Virus record (IMG/VR): IMGVR_UViG_3300024262_000020
Span: 23,616-87,615 of that record
DNA length: 64,000 bases
Source: a virus
Strand: one strand, 5' to 3'
The translations under genes and the position numbers were made by a program. Positions 57,593-64,000 of this stretch are shown in pieces. Every line of letters starts with the position of its first letter. Within the stretch, counting starts at the first letter, position 1. The notes under the pieces are model-generated. The model was not told the DNA's origin, ran no database searches, and saw nothing but the letters and a program-made list of their open reading frames with translations.

Positions 57593-58229
57593 TGTATTGA
57601 TAGATTTGCAACGGGGTGACTGTGGTAAAGGAAAAATTTCAAAGGTATTAGACGACAAGTATAATTATTCTGCGATTATGAAATTTAATGGTTCAGGAAA
57701 TGCTGGACACGCTGTATGGATAGGTGATAAAAAATATACTGCACATTATTTAACTTCAGGTATTTATAATAAAGATTGTAAGATTGTTATTGGTCCTGGT
57801 TGTGTTTTGAATACAAAAGAATTTTTATCAGAGTTTGATAGATTTAATGGAAGATTTAAATTAGAAGGTAGAACTTTTATTCATCCATATACTCATATTA
57901 TAACTGCAAATCATATATCGGATGATTATAATGAGAATAAGATCGGAACAACAAATAAAGGCAATGGTCCTTGTTATTCTGATAAATATAAAAGAACTGG
58001 TATTAGAGCACAAGATGTTGAAGAATTGTCAAGATTTATTTTACCCAAGAAGATTGTTAAAGATATTATGAAAATACGACCAACAATAACTTCAGGACAC
58101 GGTAAGTTATTAATGGAAGGATCTCAGGGTTGGTGGTTAGATATAGATCACGGGGATTATCCATATGTCACATCATCACATATACATCCAGCTTTTGCAT
58201 TTGTGTATATGTTACTCAGAAAACATTAA
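57579..58229 (+). pseudogene. purA: Adenylosuccinate synthetase, C-terminally truncated
   Basis: GDCGKGK, GNAGH, IGTTNKGNGPCYSDK, EGSQG..LDIDHGDYPYVTSS then stop at 216 aa. Confidence 0.75.
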
Positions 58230-58253
58230 GAAAGAAAAAATTAGATAAAATAA

Positions 58254-59081
58254 ATGATAAAAGCTGATGAATATTATATTCAAAATTTAAATGAAATATC
58301 AAATAATGGTTTCTTAGATGAAAATCCAAGACCAAAATACAAAGATGGTACACCAGCATACACTAAATTTATAACACAAGTATTTGAAACTTATGATATT
58401 TCAAAAGGTGAATTTCCAATAACGACATTGAGAAATACTGCAATCAAAACAGGTATAAAAGAAATATTATGGATATATCAAAAACAAGACAATTCTATTA
58501 TTGGTGCTCATAAAATGGATATAAAATGGTGGGACGAATGGGATATCGGAAATGGTACAATAGGACAAAGATATGGTGCCACATTAAAAAAATGGGATAT
58601 TGTTGAAAATGTATTACACTCTTTAAAACATAATCCATTCTCAAGACGACATATTATGAATATGTATCAAGAGTCAGACTTAAATGAAACGCCAGGGTTG
58701 TTCCCCTGTGCCTATGAGACGCTCTGGTCGGTTAGAAAAGTAAAAGATGAGTTACACCTTGACTTAACGCTAATTCAACGTAGCAACGATTATATTATGG
58801 CTGGATATATAAATAAAATTCAATATGTTGCATTACAAATGATGTTTGCTGGACATCTTGGTTATAAAGTTGGGAAATTCTCTCACTTAACACAAAATTT
58901 ACACATTTATGATAGACATTTTGATGCTGTTGGAGAATTATTAAGTAGAGAACCTATAAATATACAACCAAATATAACATTGTTAGAAAATAAAAATTTC
59001 TATGACTACACAATAGATGATTTTAAAGTTATTGATAATGTAGGTAAAAAAATAAATTCTCCTTTAGAATTAGCAATTTAA
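58254..59081 (+). CDS. thyA: Thymidylate synthase
   Basis: EILW, SRRHI, FPC, QRSND, N..QY, HIYDRH. Confidence 0.93.
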   Translation: MIKADEYYIQNLNEISNNGFLDENPRPKYKDGTPAYTKFITQVFETYDISKGEFPITTLRNTAIKTGIKEILWIYQKQDNSIIGAHKMDIKWWDEWDIGNGTIGQRYGATLKKWDIVENVLHSLKHNPFSRRHIMNMYQESDLNETPGLFPCAYETLWSVRKVKDELHLDLTLIQRSNDYIMAGYINKIQYVALQMMFAGHLGYKVGKFSHLTQNLHIYDRHFDAVGELLSREPINIQPNITLLENKNFYDYTIDDFKVIDNVGKKINSPLELAI

Positions 59082-59125
59082 ATAGTATGAATATATATGG
59101 GGATAAGTAAATTAAATCAAATAGT

Positions 59126-59398
59126 ATGAAATCCAACAATACATATCCGATATCGTTTCTGACTAAAGATATGAAATTAAACAGTAATCATATATTACTA
59201 GATATTAATGAAATGGAACATGTTATTAAAATTTATCAAAATAAAGTATTATTAAAATTTCAATATAACTTTAGTACAGGAAACCTATATATAATGAGTG
59301 ATTTTGATCATACAAAAAAAATATCAATCACTTATTGTACAAATTTAAGGAATTTAAGGAAAAAGAAATTAAAACAAATAAATGGTAATAAAGTATGA
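59126..59398 (+). CDS. Hypothetical protein with RKKKLKQI tag
   Basis: 90 aa ORF. Confidence 0.6.
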   Translation: MKSNNTYPISFLTKDMKLNSNHILLDINEMEHVIKIYQNKVLLKFQYNFSTGNLYIMSDFDHTKKISITYCTNLRNLRKKKLKQINGNKV

Positions 59399-59768
59399 TG
59401 ATTATATAGATGATGATAATGTAATTATCAACATTAATAATTACACAATTGAAGTTAAACAAGGTGGTTATGTAGGTGAGAATGGTATTAGTGTACAAGC
59501 ATTATATTCTTACTTAAAAGAAAAATGGAAAACTCATGACACTTTAATAAAATATAGTTTTCCACTTACTGCAATAGATAATGTGACTTTTATTGCAAAT
59601 GATGGAAAATGGTTTATTAAGCCTAATAATATTAAAGAAGGTATGATATTTAGTGATGAAAATAATTATCAACTTTATATATCTGGACAATATGAAGAGT
59701 GGAAAAGAGATTTTGGAAAGTATATTAGAAAACAAAAATTAAAGCAAATAGATAATGAAAAAGAATGA
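59382..59768 (+). CDS. Hypothetical protein with RKQKLKQI tag
   Basis: 128 aa ORF. Confidence 0.65.
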   Translation: MVIKYDDYIDDDNVIININNYTIEVKQGGYVGENGISVQALYSYLKEKWKTHDTLIKYSFPLTAIDNVTFIANDGKWFIKPNNIKEGMIFSDENNYQLYISGQYEEWKRDFGKYIRKQKLKQIDNEKE

Positions 59769-60096
59769 AGATCAAAGATACCAAGTAACTGACGAAAAAG
59801 AAGGTAAACCAGTATATTATTTTATGCAATATATCATAGATAATTATGATGCAATAGAATATATCAAATTTAATAAAGATAAATTAATGAATTCTAATGA
59901 TGAAGTTGAAGTATGGATGGAAGATGGTGAAGAACACAATCTTGATGGTCCAGCCTGTGTATATGGTGATGGTTCAGTTGATTATTATATAGAAGGGGAT
60001 TATAAATCTTATTCGTTTTGGGATGACCCAAGAGTTAAAGAAAGAATCCGTAAAATAAGACAAGATAAATTAGATCAAATAAAAAAAGTGAAGTAA
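59755..60096 (+). CDS. HxxDGPA-motif protein with RQDKLDQI tag
   Basis: HNLDGPACVYGDGSVDYYIEG. Confidence 0.65.
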   Translation: MKKNEDQRYQVTDEKEGKPVYYFMQYIIDNYDAIEYIKFNKDKLMNSNDEVEVWMEDGEEHNLDGPACVYGDGSVDYYIEGDYKSYSFWDDPRVKERIRKIRQDKLDQIKKVK

Positions 60097-60116
60097 TTAC
60101 TTCACTTTTTTTATTT
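60077..60116. terminator. Bidirectional hairpin between convergent genes
   Basis: aaataaaaaaagtgaagtaa/ttacttcactttttttattt palindrome. Confidence 0.7.
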
Positions 60117-61915
60117 TACCAACTTCCTGTTGAGCCTCCACCTCCAAAAGAGCCTCCACCATAACCACCGAATCCACTTCCACTACTTGAACTTCTTCGT
60201 CTTGAAGCGGCAGCGGCAGCGGCAGCGGTAGCGGCAGCGACTCTCGCATCAGAATCTTTTTTTCTCTTAATATCATCTTTAATATCATCATAAAGTTTAT
60301 CAAGTCCATCTAAAATTTCCTTCAATAATATTGCAGAAAGGATAATATCAAATTCGACATTATTATTGAACTTTTTAATCTTTGCTCTTATTTGCTCAAG
60401 AGTATCTTTCCTTGAATGTTTAACGCCCGATTTACTAATCTTATTTTCAACATTCGTAATTTTATCATTAAAATCATTTTTATGTTCTTTTACATACTTG
60501 TCACTTCTTTTATATGAAGAAATTAGACTTGTAACAGCACCAAAAGTGCTCGCCAATACAGACAATGTTGTAACAGAAATACCGTGATGATAACTTGCAC
60601 CTTCATAATCATCACCTTTCAATTTCAAAATACTATTATTAGTTTCTCCCTTGACATTAGAAATATATTGTTCAATATCAATTTTAGCTAAATCTGAAAA
60701 TCTTTTACCAATTGGCAAATCCATAAGAATCTTCTTACCTTCTTTATATTGTGCATATGAACCTTCAAGTTCTTTAACTTTATCATCAAGTTCTCTATGC
60801 GCAGAAACAATAGCACTAATCGTATATGTTTTATTTAAAAACCTTTTCAATTTCCCACTTAACGAATTATTCAAATTCCTCAACTTATTTAATCTATCAA
60901 CAGAAAAATCAGTTGTAGTAAAAATTTCAGTTCTTGTATCAGGTACAAAAGATTTTAAATCTTCCAACAAATATTCTTGACAATATTCATAATTGCCTTC
61001 TAAATATTTTTTAACTTCTCTTTCTTCAGAAAGAATTGCACTAATTACACTATTAGTATTGTATATTACATTTTGGAAATCTTTGATAGTTGATTGTACA
61101 AGTAATAATCTATTTAAAGTGTTTTGATCAACCTTTATTTTATTATTAGTAATATTATCATCATAAACTTTTTGAATTTCAGCAGGTACTTTATTTAGTA
61201 TTTCAACCAATTTTGCTTCCCTTAACAATATATCTTCATGAATAAAATCAATTTCATTACTCAACTCTTGTCTGGCTTTTGCCTTCTTTATAGCCATTCT
61301 AATTAAATATACTATCAAAGCGATAAATAGAACTCCCATAACAACAAATAAAAAAGCAACACCAAATTCTTTCATCTGTTTTTCAGCTTCCTCTTTTCTA
61401 ATTCTTTCTTTTTCAATAAGTTGTTCGTAACCTTCATAACCGATTTCGTCCATTGTAGCAATTAGAAATTGTTTTACACCTTCAGCATAATTTTCATTTC
61501 TAAAATTAGGTTTTAAATGTCGTTCAGCCAATCGCTTAGACATCATATCGGTGTATAATCCTTCTAACCCATATCCAACACTAATTGACCATTTTCTTGA
61601 TGCCAATGAAATTAACACCATTATACCATTATCTAATTCAGATGATCCTACACCCCATTTTTCACCAAGTCTATCAGAGAAATCTTTAAGTTCTGCTTCA
61701 CTATCAAATATTTCATCGGTAGTTACAACACAAATTTCAACACTTGTTTTGTCTTTATATGATTTAATCATACTATTCAACATTTGTTCATCAGTCGTTG
61801 AAAAAATATCTTCAAAATCATTTACAAAGTTTGTTGGGGTAGTTGACATTAAATCAACTTGTGCGTTAATGTTTAAAGTAAATAAACATAATACTAAAAT
61901 TAAAATTTTTCTCAT
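60116..61915 (-). CDS. TPM-domain (YgcG-like) membrane protein with long coiled coil and Gly-rich tail
   Basis: Signal peptide; VNDF..., WGVG...DNGI...ISVGYGLEG; TM; GGGSFGGGGSTGSW. Confidence 0.85.
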   Translation of the reverse strand: MRKILILVLCLFTLNINAQVDLMSTTPTNFVNDFEDIFSTTDEQMLNSMIKSYKDKTSVEICVVTTDEIFDSEAELKDFSDRLGEKWGVGSSELDNGIMVLISLASRKWSISVGYGLEGLYTDMMSKRLAERHLKPNFRNENYAEGVKQFLIATMDEIGYEGYEQLIEKERIRKEEAEKQMKEFGVAFLFVVMGVLFIALIVYLIRMAIKKAKARQELSNEIDFIHEDILLREAKLVEILNKVPAEIQKVYDDNITNNKIKVDQNTLNRLLLVQSTIKDFQNVIYNTNSVISAILSEEREVKKYLEGNYEYCQEYLLEDLKSFVPDTRTEIFTTTDFSVDRLNKLRNLNNSLSGKLKRFLNKTYTISAIVSAHRELDDKVKELEGSYAQYKEGKKILMDLPIGKRFSDLAKIDIEQYISNVKGETNNSILKLKGDDYEGASYHHGISVTTLSVLASTFGAVTSLISSYKRSDKYVKEHKNDFNDKITNVENKISKSGVKHSRKDTLEQIRAKIKKFNNNVEFDIILSAILLKEILDGLDKLYDDIKDDIKRKKDSDARVAAATAAAAAAASRRRSSSSGSGFGGYGGGSFGGGGSTGSW

Positions 61916-61917
61916 AT

Positions 61918-62160
61918 TTAAAATCCGTTTGTGCTAATTATTATTACATAACATACAATACCTACAATTGATAACAACCATAAATATTTGAAATTCTTAG
62001 TTAAAAACTTATCTAACTTTTCAGAATGTACACCATCTTCTTTGCTAAACCAAGGTGTAAAAAATCCACGTTTCTCTACTTTTGCAGATTTAATATTGAA
62101 CAATCTCAACATATAATAGACTACAATTAACGATAATACTACATAAAATACAATTTCCAT
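61918..62160 (-). CDS. Small membrane protein
   Basis: Two hydrophobic segments. Confidence 0.6.
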   Translation of the reverse strand: MEIVFYVVLSLIVVYYMLRLFNIKSAKVEKRGFFTPWFSKEDGVHSEKLDKFLTKNFKYLWLLSIVGIVCYVIIISTNGF

Positions 62161-62172
62161 AATTTTTCTTTT

Positions 62173-62688
62173 TTATTGTGCGTCAAGCATATATCCACTT
62201 TTAATAGAACCCTTTGGAATATTAATATCATACCAAGGACTTCTAAAATTTACCGTAAAGTTATTAATAAAGGCATCAGTAAGTTCGTCAGCATATTTAA
62301 TTACATTTGGTTCAACATATTCATCAACATAAGTTACCGTAGCATCTTCATAATCAACCTGTCCCATCTTATATTTATTTTTATCAGACTCATAATAGAA
62401 TACATATTTCATTTTAGAATCAATAGTTCCTGAACCAAGAAAGAAACTACCTGATGCTCCACCATTATTATCTTGTAATGCTTCAAGTTTATACGTTTCG
62501 GATGTTGTTTCATAAGTTCCAGGTATAAGAGCGGCAACACCTAATGATAGTAAAACACCAATCATTCCACTAAAAAGAATAACAAAAAACAATAAAACGA
62601 ATTCTCCCAAAGACCAATCAAAATCTTCAGTAACTAACCTAAATCCAATAATAATACAAATTGTAGTAATGATAATAAATGTCCACAT
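62173..62688 (-). CDS. Membrane protein
   Basis: Two TMs; GSFFLGSG...YVFYY. Confidence 0.7.
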   Translation of the reverse strand: MWTFIIITTICIIIGFRLVTEDFDWSLGEFVLLFFVILFSGMIGVLLSLGVAALIPGTYETTSETYKLEALQDNNGGASGSFFLGSGTIDSKMKYVFYYESDKNKYKMGQVDYEDATVTYVDEYVEPNVIKYADELTDAFINNFTVNFRSPWYDINIPKGSIKSGYMLDAQ

Positions 62689-62825
62689 AGTTTAATTTTT
62701 TTAAAAGTTTATAATTTTTACAAAAGTAATACTTTTTTTAATATAAAAAAATAGATGCTAAGTTTTTAGAAATACAGGTTCTTTTTAATTTAATATATAC
62801 CATCAAATATAAAAACAAAAATATT

Positions 62826-64000
62826 ATGACAAAAATTATTAAACTAAACAACAACCCAGAAGATTTTATTGGAATCTTAAAAGAAAAAGAACTTCTTATC
62901 TATGAAGATATTCAAGGCGCACAAATCTTCGTAAGATATGATGGTAATAAATTTATCATCAAACCAAAAAGTATAAACTCAGAAGAATTAAATTTTATTG
63001 ATTTAGCAATACAAAACTTTTATAATGAGGCATTTATATATTTACATACGTTACCTAATTATGTAACAAATCTATTAGCACCAACTTGGTGGTTCTGTTT
63101 TGAATATTTTCCTGATAATCAACCTGCACATATTGAATATAAGAAAAAACCAAAGAATAATCTTATCTTAACTTGTATTGTTAAAGGTAATAGATATGTA
63201 TATAATTATGAAGAAATTAATGAATATGCAAAATTATTTGATGTAGATCCATTACCAGTCATATTCAAAGGTAAACTAAGTGAGAAACAACTTGAAATTA
63301 TATCACTTTTTTTAAATACATCTGAAGATGATTTAAATTTTGTATTTGGTGAAGAAAACTTTGCATACTTTTTCTACAAATTATTAAATCCTTCTATTAA
63401 ACATTCATTCTTAATGGATGATTTTAATTCTAACTTAGAAAAGATAATTATTAAAATAGATAATAATAGTGAGTATTCTTTTGAATTAATTAATCCTCAA
63501 TACGAAAAGATGAAATTAACCAATAAAACAGAGTATTTGGAAAATTATACTATTATCTTATTAAACTTTTTAGAATTTTTACAACTTAAAAATTATAAAG
63601 ATATCAAATTAGAAAATATCACAAAAGATGAATTATACATTGAATTAATTTGTAAAATATTTAACGAGTATATCAAAGATATTAAAAAGGATATTGAAGA
63701 ATGGGAAATAACAATACCAAGTTTCTTTGAAGAAGATAAATTCAGAATAAATACCGATTTAATAAAAGATGAAAAAACAAAAGAATTCATTAAATCAAAC
63801 TCCAAAATAGAATATATGTTTAAGGTTATTTTAGGTTCTTTTAACAAAAAGAAAACTAAATCTGTTGGTATATTCAATAAGAAAACTATTGAGCATTTCA
63901 ATAATGAAATAGAAGCAATTTCAAGACACTTAGATAGAGTTCTTAAAATAAATAGAGAATACTACCTACAAAAACATGACCTTTTAGATTTTAAAGATTA
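62826..64000 (+). CDS. Partial ORF, RNA-ligase-like N-terminus (runs off window)
   Basis: MTKIIKL...IYEDIQGAQIFV...FCFEY; late motif at 62791. Confidence 0.5.
   Translation, partial: MTKIIKLNNNPEDFIGILKEKELLIYEDIQGAQIFVRYDGNKFIIKPKSINSEELNFIDLAIQNFYNEAFIYLHTLPNYVTNLLAPTWWFCFEYFPDNQPAHIEYKKKPKNNLILTCIVKGNRYVYNYEEINEYAKLFDVDPLPVIFKGKLSEKQLEIISLFLNTSEDDLNFVFGEENFAYFFYKLLNPSIKHSFLMDDFNSNLEKIIIKIDNNSEYSFELINPQYEKMKLTNKTEYLENYTIILLNFLEFLQLKNYKDIKLENITKDELYIELICKIFNEYIKDIKKDIEEWEITIPSFFEEDKFRINTDLIKDEKTKEFIKSNSKIEYMFKVILGSFNKKKTKSVGIFNKKTIEHFNNEIEAISRHLDRVLKINREYYLQKHDLLDFKD

Noticed and set aside
63593-63901. Minus-strand 102-aa ORF
   Set aside because: Antisense to the long open plus-strand frame from 62826
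1-64000. Genome-wide TAG reassignment (code 15/16) suggested by the suppressor tRNA
   Set aside because: Core genes are uninterrupted in code 11 and coding density is already high; in-frame TAGs were found at only two sites

Overview
A very AT-rich, densely coded segment of a large (jumbo-type) tailed phage with T4-like core genes: large terminase, baseplate wedge and gp25-like proteins, neck protein, sliding clamp, primase and the C-terminal half of a split family-B DNA polymerase. It also carries a Gly-X-Y repeat tail-fibre-like protein and host-like genes (infC, thyA, truncated purA, HMG-CoA lyase, glycosyltransferases, MoxR/VWA pair). Repeated TAnnTTTG promoter motifs point to a Bacteroidota host, and a TAATATATA motif looks like the phage late promoter. 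The most striking region is a minus-strand translation/RNA island at ~17.1-30.4 kb. (1) A cluster of 14 tRNA genes for only Ser, Lys, His, Phe and Trp is preceded by an unannotated 32-codon leader peptide whose codons 5-18 are all Ser/Lys/His/Phe/Trp, overlapping a terminator/antiterminator pair; this is a candidate ribosome-mediated attenuator that would switch on phage tRNAs when those host tRNAs run out. (2) There is a ~200-nt minimal RNase P RNA. (3) An amber-suppressor tRNA(CUA) lies near in-frame TAG codons in a Pth2-type gene and in a mini-ORF. (4) Several tRNA-mimic and other structured RNAs are present. Many small proteins share terminal peptide tags (N-terminal MKxLKxFE, C-terminal KYNL, C-terminal RxxKLxxI). 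All calls are from manual reading; no searches or folding programs were run.
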